A stretch of 64,000 nt of DNA from Candidatus Doudnabacteria bacterium (GTDB taxonomy: Bacteria; Patescibacteriota; Doudnabacteria; UBA920; O2-02-FULL-48-8): positions 12,488-76,487 of the forward strand of contig JACPKU010000006.1 of the NCBI GenBank assembly GCA_016186915.1, given 5' to 3'. Positions 34,967-44,583 of the stretch are shown piece after piece (position 1 is the stretch's first letter; every line of letters begins with the position of its first letter). A program made the translations under genes and the position numbers. The notes under the pieces were generated by a model. That model did no database searches. It saw only the letters and a list, made by a program, of their open reading frames with translations, and had not been told where the DNA came from.

Positions 34967-35353
34967 ATGACAAAAATATCGAGGAAAAAACTTTCTGAAG
35001 ACAAAATGGGCTTGTTGATTGATCAACTTTGGCGTGGATTTGCCTCCCTCAAAGACAAAGACGAGGTTCATGAATTTTTACATGATTTATTATCTCGAAC
35101 TGAAATCCAGATGCTGGCTAAACGTTTAGAAGTAGTTCGACTGCTTAATGAAGGTTGGAAATACGAGGAAATTAAAAACCGGTTAAATATCAGTGAAGCG
35201 ACCATCTCGAAGATAAATAATTGGAAAGAGGCGTTTGGCCAAGGTTATCAGAAGGTTATAGAAAGACTTAAGCGAGAAAGTGAGAAGAGAAAAAGAAAAT
35301 TACCGGGATTTGTAAAGAGCAGTCGATCGGCTGCAGCAAGTATTTGGAGTTAA
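34967..35353 (+). CDS. TrpR-like (YerC/YecD) DNA-binding protein
   Basis: FLHDLLSRTEIQMLAKRLEV..LL..G..YEEI...LNISEATISKI. Confidence 0.88.
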   Translation: MTKISRKKLSEDKMGLLIDQLWRGFASLKDKDEVHEFLHDLLSRTEIQMLAKRLEVVRLLNEGWKYEEIKNRLNISEATISKINNWKEAFGQGYQKVIERLKRESEKRKRKLPGFVKSSRSAAASIWS

Positions 35354-35383
35354 AACTTAAAATACTTTAACGTATTATAAGTT
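35354..35383. promoter_or_regulatory. Palindromic site, copy 2
   Basis: 28/30 identical to 34930-34959; begins right after the stop codon. Confidence 0.75.
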
Positions 35384-35400
35384 AAAGTTTAATCAAATAT

Positions 35401-35853
35401 ATGGACCAGGCGCACAACAAGGTGTATAAAGAATCGGCAAAAAAAGTGGAAACGAAGGATCATAATACCAATCCTAATGGTTGGCTCTTGGAATTGTTTA
35501 AAAGCCAAGACGGCAGTAAAACAGAGGTTTATCTTTCGGCAGCGTTACCTGGGGCGTTCAAAGGATACCATTTGCATAGGGTCCGCGCAGCACGATATGT
35601 CTGTCTTAAGGGTAGGATGAAAATCATTACGTATGAGCGCGAAGGCGAGCAATGGATTCGTTCAGAAAAAATTTTAGACGCATCAGTGCCGGAAAGACTA
35701 TTCATCCCCAAAGACGTTGCCACTGGACTGGAAAACATTGGCGGCGAAGAAGCTTGGCTGATCAATTATCCTGATCCGGCTTATGATCCCTCCCTCAAAG
35801 AGGAACAGGTAGAATATACGCAAAAAGAGTTAGAGTCAGGAGTGATCAAATAG
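35401..35853 (+). CDS. RmlC-like cupin (dTDP-4-dehydrorhamnose 3,5-epimerase-related)
   Basis: GWLLELF, PGAFKGYHLH, LFIP..VA.G.EN; within the rml cluster. Confidence 0.75.
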   Translation: MDQAHNKVYKESAKKVETKDHNTNPNGWLLELFKSQDGSKTEVYLSAALPGAFKGYHLHRVRAARYVCLKGRMKIITYEREGEQWIRSEKILDASVPERLFIPKDVATGLENIGGEEAWLINYPDPAYDPSLKEEQVEYTQKELESGVIK

Positions 35854-35909
35854 TAATTTACGCATTGTTTGACCGATCGGTCAAGAGTTGCGAAAGATTA
35901 TATAGTAAA

Positions 35910-36752
35910 ATGCCACAAAAGATTATAATTCTTGGAAGCAAAGGAAACCTGGGCGGAAAACTTATGGAGGTTTATGCTGACTTAAGGCCCGCTGGCTGGG
36001 ATCGAGAAGAGCTGGATGTGACGGATGAGGAGCAAGTAAAGCCCAAGCTCAAAGAATTTAAACCCGATTTAGTGATCAATTGCACTGCTTATAATGATGT
36101 GGATGGCGCAGAAGAGGATCGGGCAGTGGCAGAAGCGATAAACGGGTTGGCACCTGGCTATCTCGCTGCGGTGTGCGCGGAGATGGACGCTGTTTTTGTG
36201 CATTTTAGCACTGGCCAAGTTTTTGCCGGAGACAATAGTCAGGGGTATAATGAAGACGACGTCCCAAGCCCGCTAAACACCTATGGCAGGTCTAAGCTGA
36301 TGGGGGAGATGGAAGTTGAAAAAAACACTGAAAAATATTATTTGATTCGCACCGCCTGGCTTTATGGGGCTGGCCCGTCGTCGGGCAAGAAGAAGAGTTT
36401 TGTGGATATAATGCTCGATTTGGCGAAAAAGGACAGGCCGATAAAAGGCGTAGATGATGAGTTTGGCAACCCAACCTATAGCTTGGATTTGGCGCAAGCC
36501 GTGCGTGCGATGATAGAAGAGAAAAAGCCGTTTGGAGTTTATCACCTGGTAAACGAAGGCGTGGCTTCGCGTTTGGATTGGATGAAAGAAATATTCATAA
36601 TCAAAGAAATGGAAGTGGGGATTGTGCCAGTAAGTCGTGAGGAGTTTGCAGGCAAACGGAAAGCCAAGCGCCCGCAATACGAAGTTTTGAACAACACGAA
36701 ATTTATCAAGCTTCGGCCGTGGACCGAGGCACTGAAGGAATATTTGAAATGA
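35910..36752 (+). CDS. rfbD: dTDP-4-dehydrorhamnose reductase
   Basis: GSKGNLG, INCTAYNDVD.AE, YGRSKL.GE, RTAWLYG, GNPTY. Confidence 0.92.
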   Translation: MPQKIIILGSKGNLGGKLMEVYADLRPAGWDREELDVTDEEQVKPKLKEFKPDLVINCTAYNDVDGAEEDRAVAEAINGLAPGYLAAVCAEMDAVFVHFSTGQVFAGDNSQGYNEDDVPSPLNTYGRSKLMGEMEVEKNTEKYYLIRTAWLYGAGPSSGKKKSFVDIMLDLAKKDRPIKGVDDEFGNPTYSLDLAQAVRAMIEEKKPFGVYHLVNEGVASRLDWMKEIFIIKEMEVGIVPVSREEFAGKRKAKRPQYEVLNNTKFIKLRPWTEALKEYLK

Positions 36753-37483
36753 AAGGTGTGATTCTCGCAGGTGGGAAGGCTACAAGATTAAGACCCTTAA
36801 CTTTCGTTACGAACAAACACTTGTTGCCAGTCTATAACAAACCGATGATCTTTTATCCGCTTGAAGCCATGGCTAAAGCTGGGATTAAAGATGTGTTAAT
36901 GATCACAGGTCCTGATCATGCCGGGCATTTTTTAAATTTGCTTCGATCCGGAGGTGAATTTGGACTGAATCTAACATATGAGATTCAAGATGAAGCAGGG
37001 GGACTGTCTCATGCAGTAAGACTTGCAGAATCGTTTGCAGATAACCAAAAACTTCTTGTGATTTTAGGGGATAATATATTTGAGCATGATTTATCCGATG
37101 CTGTAAAAGATTTTGAAAGCCAAGACAGAGGAGCAAGAATTTTTGCTAAAGAGATGGATGAAGCAGGGCAGTATGGTGTAGTTGAGATAGACAGTGAAGG
37201 CACGGTTTTATCAATTGAAGAAAAGCCAAAAAAGCCAAAAAGTAAATTGGCCCAGACAGGAATTTATATGTATGATAATCAAGTGTTTGATTTGATAAAA
37301 GAACTTAAGCCTTCCACAAGAGGCGAGCTGGAAATTACTGATTTAAATAATTTATATTTGAAACAAGGAATCTTAAGTTGTGAAGTTATGAAAGGCTGGT
37401 GGGTTGACGCGGGAACTTCTTTTGATGAATTGCTGCGCGCCAGCAATCAAGTCGCAAAACTTACAAAACAAAAAGATAAATAA
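36749..37483 (+). CDS. rfbA: Glucose-1-phosphate thymidylyltransferase
   Basis: GVILAGG..TRLRPLT, K.LLPVY.KPMI, LGDN, EEKP, RGELEITD. Confidence 0.92.
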   Translation: MKGVILAGGKATRLRPLTFVTNKHLLPVYNKPMIFYPLEAMAKAGIKDVLMITGPDHAGHFLNLLRSGGEFGLNLTYEIQDEAGGLSHAVRLAESFADNQKLLVILGDNIFEHDLSDAVKDFESQDRGARIFAKEMDEAGQYGVVEIDSEGTVLSIEEKPKKPKSKLAQTGIYMYDNQVFDLIKELKPSTRGELEITDLNNLYLKQGILSCEVMKGWWVDAGTSFDELLRASNQVAKLTKQKDK

Positions 37484-38385
37484 TGACTGAGCTTCAACAC
37501 AAAACTTTATCAACATTTATAGTAACTGCCATTTCGTTTTTGGGCTTTCAAGCCCTGGTTTTTATTGTTTCAATTTATCAACTAGGGCAATACTTTCGTG
37601 CCGCGTTTTGGATTTACGCCTTTCTGGTTTTCTGGCTGCTTTTCATTTTTGACCTGCATTTGAGAAATCGCGGTGTGTTTGCGCTGTTGAAACTCAAACA
37701 CAACGGCGTAAGGTTAGTCTGGGAAGCCTTGAAAAAGCGCGTGGAGCATGTTTTTAATTGGCATTATTTCAGCCACTTGCTAGCTTTTCTGGTTTTACCA
37801 AGCATTATTTTTTGGAGTACCGTAGCCTTAATTGCTCTCAATCCGTTTGCTGAGCAAATCAAACAAATCATTGTGGTTATGACTGTGATTAATCTTGCCG
37901 TGGCTTATTGGTATTTCACGGAGCGGTTTAGCAAAAAATTAGAAGCCCACGAACTGGGCTTGAAAGTTTTGAACCTGGTTAAGCTTTTTGCTGCGTATTT
38001 AGCGGCAGCTTCTATCTTGGGGCTCACTTGGTATTTCGGTTTTGGAGAAGGCTTTTTGCTTGCCGGCATTTTTACTTTGACTTTCTTGGTTATGTATCAA
38101 GCTTTGTTTCAGCACAAACTCCTCAAGCTTAGCTCTGAATTTTACGCTTTAGGAGTTGCTGGCGCTTGCTCTTTGGCCGGACTTTGGCTTTATAGTAATT
38201 GGGATCTGCAATACTTCAGCGGGGGAATCGTGGTGTTGGCAACCTATAATGCATTATGGGGAATATTGCACCACCACCTGGACCAGAGCTTAAACAAAAA
38301 GCTGGTGGGTGAATATTTGCTGATGTTGTTAGTGGTTTTTTCTATTCTTTTCGCCACTCATAACTTTGCCGGCAGAGTATTGTAG
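37483..38385 (+). CDS. Hypothetical polytopic membrane protein
   Basis: Nine or more TM segments. Confidence 0.7.
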   Translation: MTELQHKTLSTFIVTAISFLGFQALVFIVSIYQLGQYFRAAFWIYAFLVFWLLFIFDLHLRNRGVFALLKLKHNGVRLVWEALKKRVEHVFNWHYFSHLLAFLVLPSIIFWSTVALIALNPFAEQIKQIIVVMTVINLAVAYWYFTERFSKKLEAHELGLKVLNLVKLFAAYLAAASILGLTWYFGFGEGFLLAGIFTLTFLVMYQALFQHKLLKLSSEFYALGVAGACSLAGLWLYSNWDLQYFSGGIVVLATYNALWGILHHHLDQSLNKKLVGEYLLMLLVVFSILFATHNFAGRVL

Positions 38386-38410
38386 TTGGCGGGAAATCTT
38401 TTGTTTCAGG

Positions 38411-38983
38411 CTATTCAACGATGATGGGGATCGTATACGACGCCGCGGTTTGACTATCCGGCCAGTAAGGAATGAAGTCAAAAGAAGCCACCGCCTGGAA
38501 GCTAACTTCTTTTGACTCACCCGAAGGTATATTACCTGTATCAACTACAGGGCTTCTGAAATCTAATCCATGATAGGCCACGTTTTTTGTATCCACTCGG
38601 AAGACGAGGGTGACCTTCGTATCTTTGGCAACGGTGATACTTTGGGGACTGGCCTGCAGGTCATTTGCCAATAGAATCACGATTACTGGGTTTGGAGTAG
38701 AGGAAGGAGCGGGTTGTTCTTCCGCAGGCTCCAATGTCGGCGGGAGCGTATCCAGTCCCGAGTCAGATTCAGCAGGCAGGAGGACGGAAGTTTCAGGTTT
38801 ATCCGCGGGGTTCGGCTCTTCTTCTTTTCCTGTTTTATCAAGAGGCGCTGCGCCTTGTTTTGTTATGCCCGCATTTTCGGAAAGCGGCTGATTGATATTT
38901 TCCGAAGAAGGGTTCTGGACAATAAAAATGACCAGCCCGATAATAGCGATTGCAACAATGATCAAAACAATAAATTTTGCCAT
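38411..38983 (-). CDS. Membrane-anchored cupredoxin-fold-like protein
   Basis: TM, Pro/Glu linker, SPQSITVAKDTKVTLVF...IPSGESKEVSF. Confidence 0.6.
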   Translation of the reverse strand: MAKFIVLIIVAIAIIGLVIFIVQNPSSENINQPLSENAGITKQGAAPLDKTGKEEEPNPADKPETSVLLPAESDSGLDTLPPTLEPAEEQPAPSSTPNPVIVILLANDLQASPQSITVAKDTKVTLVFRVDTKNVAYHGLDFRSPVVDTGNIPSGESKEVSFQAVASFDFIPYWPDSQTAASYTIPIIVE

Positions 38984-38991
38984 GTGTTTAG

Positions 38992-39906
38992 TTAGTACAA
39001 GACAAACAGGCTCGTCACCACAATCAAAAGAAAGATAACGGTGTGCGGGGATGCGTGCATATTTATTCGTTTAATCTTGGCACGATGAATGATAATAGAA
39101 TCAATAATGAGAAACATCGCGTAAATCCCAGCCAAAATAGCTACAATTATCCGGAAGAAATTTAAAAATTGAGCCTCCCTGGAAACTGGTATTTGCAAAT
39201 CAGCCGGAGTAGTTATAGATTCTGTTTCAATTTGTTCAGTGTTACTTGCTTCCGAAGGAATGATTGGCTGTTCGATCGGTTGTTTAGTGTCTTGTTGAGC
39301 AGTTGGCGGAGACGAGGTTGGTGGCGCGGTTGCTTGTGCTATTGCAGGCGTTGGATTTTGATTGAGAAGCGTCCCGAACAGGCTGGTAATCAGAATGCTG
39401 TTGTGATTTGGTTCGAATAGTCCGAAAATGGCGGCTAGACCTTGGTCCTGAAATTTTTCATTGACGATATTTTCTCGGTGAGTTGGGCTGTTCATCCAGG
39501 CACGAACAACCGCGTCACCAGAAACAAAATCCATGGCGAGATTTTCGCCGAGTGTTAGGTATGGCCTGTAGCCTTGAACCTCAATAGTTGGCCAGACGTA
39601 ACTGCCATCTGGATTGAGATGGGCAAAATAACTTCGGTCTAACATGTCGTTTGATTTAATGCCGGCCGCAGAAACCAGGCGCTGATCACTCAAAAGGGCT
39701 GGAACAAACCTTTGCGTCCTTTCACTATTGATACTTGTCATAAGATCTTGAGCATCAATACTGGACTGAGCGTAAGTCACCGCGCTAGGCCCTAAAATTC
39801 TCAATGACCAGATAATTACCATAAAAACCGCCAAAGCAATAGGCTTGGTCAGCACTGGCTGGTAGTCATTTTCTTCGCTGGCAATTAGATAGTGTTTTAG
39901 TTTCAT
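38992..39906 (-). CDS. CAP-domain membrane protein
   Basis: INSER, YFAH, GENLA, AWMNSPTHRENI; C-terminal TMs. Confidence 0.88.
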   Translation of the reverse strand: MKLKHYLIASEENDYQPVLTKPIALAVFMVIIWSLRILGPSAVTYAQSSIDAQDLMTSINSERTQRFVPALLSDQRLVSAAGIKSNDMLDRSYFAHLNPDGSYVWPTIEVQGYRPYLTLGENLAMDFVSGDAVVRAWMNSPTHRENIVNEKFQDQGLAAIFGLFEPNHNSILITSLFGTLLNQNPTPAIAQATAPPTSSPPTAQQDTKQPIEQPIIPSEASNTEQIETESITTPADLQIPVSREAQFLNFFRIIVAILAGIYAMFLIIDSIIIHRAKIKRINMHASPHTVIFLLIVVTSLFVLY

Positions 39907-40014
39907 TTAGCTAGGTTATATCTATATTTTAGCGGTTTTTTTAAGCCTTGACAAATAGGGCTTGATGTGCTAAGATTGCGTGTTATAATTATATATTAAA
40001 TTCATTAAATTCAA

Positions 40015-41103
40015 ATGCAGTCATATTTATCCAATCCAATAAACACGCGTTCCCCCAAGGAAATTCATAGAATTCTCAAACTTGGCGATAATGTTGTGTT
40101 GCCTCTGCAGGCGGAACCTATGCCACGAAAGCCAAGCAAATTGATTTTGGCAGGCAGTTGGCTTTGGAGAAAAATTAAGCCGCATACTCCTAAGCTTTTT
40201 TATCCTGTGGTATTTATCGTGGCTTTTGCCTTTTTTTACACGCTATTCAATTTTTCTTCCTTGGTCAGCCAGGTGGACGCGGTGTTTAACAACCAATCGC
40301 AGGATGAAGTGATTTTGGGCGAAGATATCGGCGACTACTACGAATGGATTAGCCGCTATTACTTTGCCGTGAGCGACAAGAAGTTGCTTTCAGCCACCAA
40401 TGATATTGACGAGGACGGTCTTGCTAATTATGACGAGTTTGTTTTACAGACCAATCCCACTGTTCTTGACTCTGACAACGACGGCGTAAGCGACGGACTG
40501 GAGGTTATTAACCAAACCAACCCTTGGGGCCAAGGCAGCATGACCCAAGACCAGCTCAAATCAAGCGAGCCGCTTGATTTGATTATGATTAACAACCGAA
40601 TCAGTTTCAACATCGCAAATCATCAATCAAACGCTTCAAACAATCCGAAGATCGATTATGATTTGGAAAAACACGGCACGCTTTCAATCCCCAAACTTAA
40701 TCTGCAAGTGCCAATCGTCTGGACCAAAGATCCGGCAAGTTTCAGCGAAGACCTAAAGAATGGTGTGGTGCATTATCCAGGCACCGCGTTGCCCGGGGAG
40801 CCGGGAGTGGTATATATTGCCGGCCACTCTTCTGATTATATTTGGAACAACCATCCATATACTCGCGTCTTTGCCAAGCTGAATTTTCTAGAACCAGGCG
40901 ATGACGTCTTTGTGGATGTTACTGGAGCAGACGGACAAATTCGAAACTTTCGTTATGTGGTGACTGAAGAAAATGTATACAACCCAGACGATCAAGCACA
41001 GTTTATTGACGATTCGACCGCCAAGCTCAATCTTTCCACCTGTTGGCCGATTGGAACCCAGAGAGATAGATACGTGGTTTCTGCTGTTTTGGAAGGGATA
41101 TAA
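40015..41103 (+). CDS. Sortase with DxDxDG (TSP3-like) Ca-binding repeats
   Basis: LSIPKL, PGE.G...IAGHS, LSTCWP, RYVV (His-Cys-Arg); DIDEDGL and DSDNDGVSDG. Confidence 0.9.
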   Translation: MQSYLSNPINTRSPKEIHRILKLGDNVVLPLQAEPMPRKPSKLILAGSWLWRKIKPHTPKLFYPVVFIVAFAFFYTLFNFSSLVSQVDAVFNNQSQDEVILGEDIGDYYEWISRYYFAVSDKKLLSATNDIDEDGLANYDEFVLQTNPTVLDSDNDGVSDGLEVINQTNPWGQGSMTQDQLKSSEPLDLIMINNRISFNIANHQSNASNNPKIDYDLEKHGTLSIPKLNLQVPIVWTKDPASFSEDLKNGVVHYPGTALPGEPGVVYIAGHSSDYIWNNHPYTRVFAKLNFLEPGDDVFVDVTGADGQIRNFRYVVTEENVYNPDDQAQFIDDSTAKLNLSTCWPIGTQRDRYVVSAVLEGI

Positions 41104-41202
41104 CCTTGACAATGGTGTTGACAATTGGCAAGATTTTTGCTAGCATTGTCAGTTAATAACTAAGCATTAATTAACATAAGCATTAATTAACACATTCAAT
41201 AT

Positions 41203-44200
41203 ATGAATTTCATAGCTGCCAGAAAAAATAGATATTTTATTAAAAGCAAAACCGCTAAGTTTGTCGGTTTGGGCTTCGTGTTGGCTCTAACCGTTTCTTT
41301 TATTGGATTTTCACTGGCTAACCACAACAGCGGCACTGGAATCCCGGTGGACACTGGCTGGATTGACGCTTCTAGATTTGTTGGAAGCGTGGAGTTTGAT
41401 TGTGGCCAGACCGTGGGTTCAGTCTGGGGGCAAAGAGGTGACCAATTCACGATTCCAGGACATGTTTTAAATATTCCGGAAGGTTCATATACGATTGATA
41501 TCCGCGCTCATTATGGGTTTTATGAAGCAGACCCACAAGCGCCGCAAACCAATGAAACTATGAGAGTAAGCACCTCTGTTGCTTCCAGACAAATCCCTGA
41601 TTTGAATGGCCATGGCGGATCTAGACCTGACAGAGACAACTGTGATCAGATCAACGCTAATTTTAGAATTTACACCAACATTACCCGCAGTCCGATTAAC
41701 TACCAGGACGGTGGGATTAGATTTGCCGGCTTAACCTCAGATTCGCAGAGTATCAGCATTCAGGCGGTGCGGGTGCATGGCACTTCAACTCCTCCGCCCC
41801 CGCCTCCGCCGCAGCCGTGCGTGCCAGTGGGTTTGATTATGCCGCAAAGCGGGCAGGTATTTGGGGCCAATGAGACCAACCCTGCTTTCCAGTGGCAGGG
41901 GACCAACCGGACCTTCTATATCCTGGACATTACCGAGGATCCGAACTTTTCTTGGTGGTGGAATAATGGCAGTGGCGCTGGCGGCGGTATTCAAATTACT
42001 TCTGCTAATTTTTCGGACGTCACCAATACTTTCTACTCCCAAGGGCACCCCGCTCCGGGATTGGCTCAAGCCGGCAAAACTTATTACTGGCGAGTGTTTG
42101 CTTACAATACGGACGATCCGGGCGCTGGCTGTCACTCAGTCGTGAGGTCGTTCTCTTTGCAATCAACTCCGCCGCCGCCCCCGCCTCCTCCTCAAAAAGC
42201 CCAAATTACCTTAGTCAAAGAAGTGATCAACAACAACGGTGGCAACAAGCAGCCCTCAGATTTCGCCTTACATATCGCGGGGCACACGTTAACCAGTGGC
42301 CAATCTGTCGAACTTAACCCCGGCAATTATCAAGCTACGGAAACTCAGCAAGCCGGTTATGCCTTGTTAGGTTGGCGAGGCGCTTGTGATGGTAGCGGTA
42401 GCGTAACCTTGCAAGCCGGTCAGAACGTGACTTGTGTAGTAACCAATGATGACCAAGCCCAGCCTACTGTTTCGTTGTCTTTAGTGAAAAATGTGCGAAA
42501 CGTGACCCAAGGGCAAACCACATTTGTAGATTCAGTTTCCGCCCAGCCAAACGAACAGGTAGAGTTCAGAATCCAAGTGGCGGCTTCTGGCAACACCAGC
42601 GCCCAAAACGTCGTGGTGACTGATACTCTGCCAAATAACTTTAATCTTAGTTCCGGTAGTTTAACCAACAATCTAGGCAACATGTCAGCCGGCAGCACTC
42701 AAATCATAACCTTGAGCGCTACTGCTGCCTCGGCCTTTAACTTCCCAATCGGTTCGTCCACTTGGATCAATACCGCTACAGCTACCGCCTCTAACGCCAA
42801 CACGGTTTCAGACACTGCTCACGTGGTAGTTAACCGCCAAATTACCGGTACCCCCAGCCTGACCATTGACAAAACTGTCCGAAACGTCACAGCCGGCCAA
42901 GCAATATTTAGCAATTCTGTATCAGCCAACCCGCAAGATCAAGTGGAATTCAAAGTTGTTGTGAGCAACGTCGGACAGGCCACAGCCAACAATGTGGTGG
43001 TGACTGATACTCTGCCAAATAACTTTAATCTTAGTTCTGGCAGTTTAACCAACAATCTAGGCAACATGTCAGCCGGCAGCACTCAAATCATAACCTTGAG
43101 CGCCACTGCTGCCTCTGCCTCTAACTTCCCCATCGGTTCGTCCACTTGGACCAATACTGCTACGGCTACCGCTTCTAATACCAATACGGTTTCTGATACC
43201 GCCAATGTGATTGTAGAAAGAGACGGACCACCTGGCGATGCTCAACTAAGTATCACCAAAGAAGTCAGAAACGTTACTCAAGGAGTAGCTTTCTTTTCTA
43301 AATCCGCATCAGCTCAGCCAAACGAACAAGTCGAGTTTAGAATCCGCGTTCGATCAACTGGTCAAACTACAGCCAACAATGTGAACCTGACTGATATTTT
43401 GCCAAATAACTTTGTATTGAACTTTGCCCAGACGGGCGCAGGAGTCAGCGGCTCCAACACCCAGTTTAGTTTGGGCAATATGCCGACGAACACTGAAAGA
43501 ACTCTGTCCTTGTTTGTGACTGCGGCTTCAGCCGCCAATTTCCCAATCGGCACCAGCACTCACACCAACACAGCCACTGCCACAGCCTCTAACGCCAATT
43601 CCGTCTCTGACAATGCTTCAGTCGTGATTAACCGGGACGGCGGAGGCAATGGCAACCCATTCTTAGCAATCACGAAAGAAGTAAGAAATCTCACTGACAA
43701 CACGGGCTATTCTCATTCAGTAACCGCGGATGACAGCGATCGCGTAGAGTTTAGAATTGTTGTGCGAAACACCGGCAGCTCAAACTCTACTGCTACCAAC
43801 GTTCGCGTGACGGATTTCTTGCCGGCCAACCTGGAATTTGTTGCCAGTACGTTAAGGATTGACAGCAACACGCAGTTTAGCAATAACCTGCTTGGCAATA
43901 TTTTCTTAGGCAATCTGTCTGCGAATCAGAGCAAAACTATTACCTTTGAAGCAAGGGTAAATGCCAACTTCAACAATACGCTGATAAACACTGCCACTGC
44001 TTTCTCGGACAACACCTCGCCAGTCAATGACAGCGCCAGCGTGTTCGTCTCGCGCGTGGTTGGCGGAAATATTGATCTGGTCTTGAGCAAGTCCGCGTAT
44101 AACTTAACTCAAGGACGGGACGCTACCGCGGTAACCGCGCGTGCAGGCGATCAGATTGAATACATTTTGCGCGTAGAAAATCGCGGCAACGCCACTGCCA

Positions 44201-44583
44201 CCAACTTCGTCATTGAGGACAGCATTGCGGACATTCTGGAACTGGCTGACCTGCTTAGCTATTCTGGCGCCACATTTGACTCAAGCGCTCGGGTACTTCG
44301 ATGGCCGTCTGAAAATATTGGGGCCGGGCAAACTGTAGAGAAAAGATTCTCTGTCCGGGTAAAAAGCCCTGTTCCTGGCGGCACTGATCTGGTTATGACT
44401 AATGTCTACGGCAACACGGTCAGAGTACCGGTTGGCACCCCGCCTTCTGTTCCTCCTCCCGTGTATCCTCCGTACAAAGCTCCGCCCACCGGCCCTGCCA
44501 CCACTTTCAGTTTGATCTTGGCTGGCTTGACTGTCGCGGGAGCGTTCGGGATTAAAAAAATTAAGCAAGCCTCGAGAGCATGA
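41203..44583 (+). CDS. Large surface protein with tandem DUF11/Ig-like domains and a C-terminal sortase signal
   Basis: Signal peptide; repeated K.VRN.T...VEF.I.V.N...A.NVVVTD.LP...NTA; APPTG plus TM and KKIK tail. Confidence 0.85.
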   Translation: MNFIAARKNRYFIKSKTAKFVGLGFVLALTVSFIGFSLANHNSGTGIPVDTGWIDASRFVGSVEFDCGQTVGSVWGQRGDQFTIPGHVLNIPEGSYTIDIRAHYGFYEADPQAPQTNETMRVSTSVASRQIPDLNGHGGSRPDRDNCDQINANFRIYTNITRSPINYQDGGIRFAGLTSDSQSISIQAVRVHGTSTPPPPPPPQPCVPVGLIMPQSGQVFGANETNPAFQWQGTNRTFYILDITEDPNFSWWWNNGSGAGGGIQITSANFSDVTNTFYSQGHPAPGLAQAGKTYYWRVFAYNTDDPGAGCHSVVRSFSLQSTPPPPPPPPQKAQITLVKEVINNNGGNKQPSDFALHIAGHTLTSGQSVELNPGNYQATETQQAGYALLGWRGACDGSGSVTLQAGQNVTCVVTNDDQAQPTVSLSLVKNVRNVTQGQTTFVDSVSAQPNEQVEFRIQVAASGNTSAQNVVVTDTLPNNFNLSSGSLTNNLGNMSAGSTQIITLSATAASAFNFPIGSSTWINTATATASNANTVSDTAHVVVNRQITGTPSLTIDKTVRNVTAGQAIFSNSVSANPQDQVEFKVVVSNVGQATANNVVVTDTLPNNFNLSSGSLTNNLGNMSAGSTQIITLSATAASASNFPIGSSTWTNTATATASNTNTVSDTANVIVERDGPPGDAQLSITKEVRNVTQGVAFFSKSASAQPNEQVEFRIRVRSTGQTTANNVNLTDILPNNFVLNFAQTGAGVSGSNTQFSLGNMPTNTERTLSLFVTAASAANFPIGTSTHTNTATATASNANSVSDNASVVINRDGGGNGNPFLAITKEVRNLTDNTGYSHSVTADDSDRVEFRIVVRNTGSSNSTATNVRVTDFLPANLEFVASTLRIDSNTQFSNNLLGNIFLGNLSANQSKTITFEARVNANFNNTLINTATAFSDNTSPVNDSASVFVSRVVGGNIDLVLSKSAYNLTQGRDATAVTARAGDQIEYILRVENRGNATATNFVIEDSIADILELADLLSYSGATFDSSARVLRWPSENIGAGQTVEKRFSVRVKSPVPGGTDLVMTNVYGNTVRVPVGTPPSVPPPVYPPYKAPPTGPATTFSLILAGLTVAGAFGIKKIKQASRA

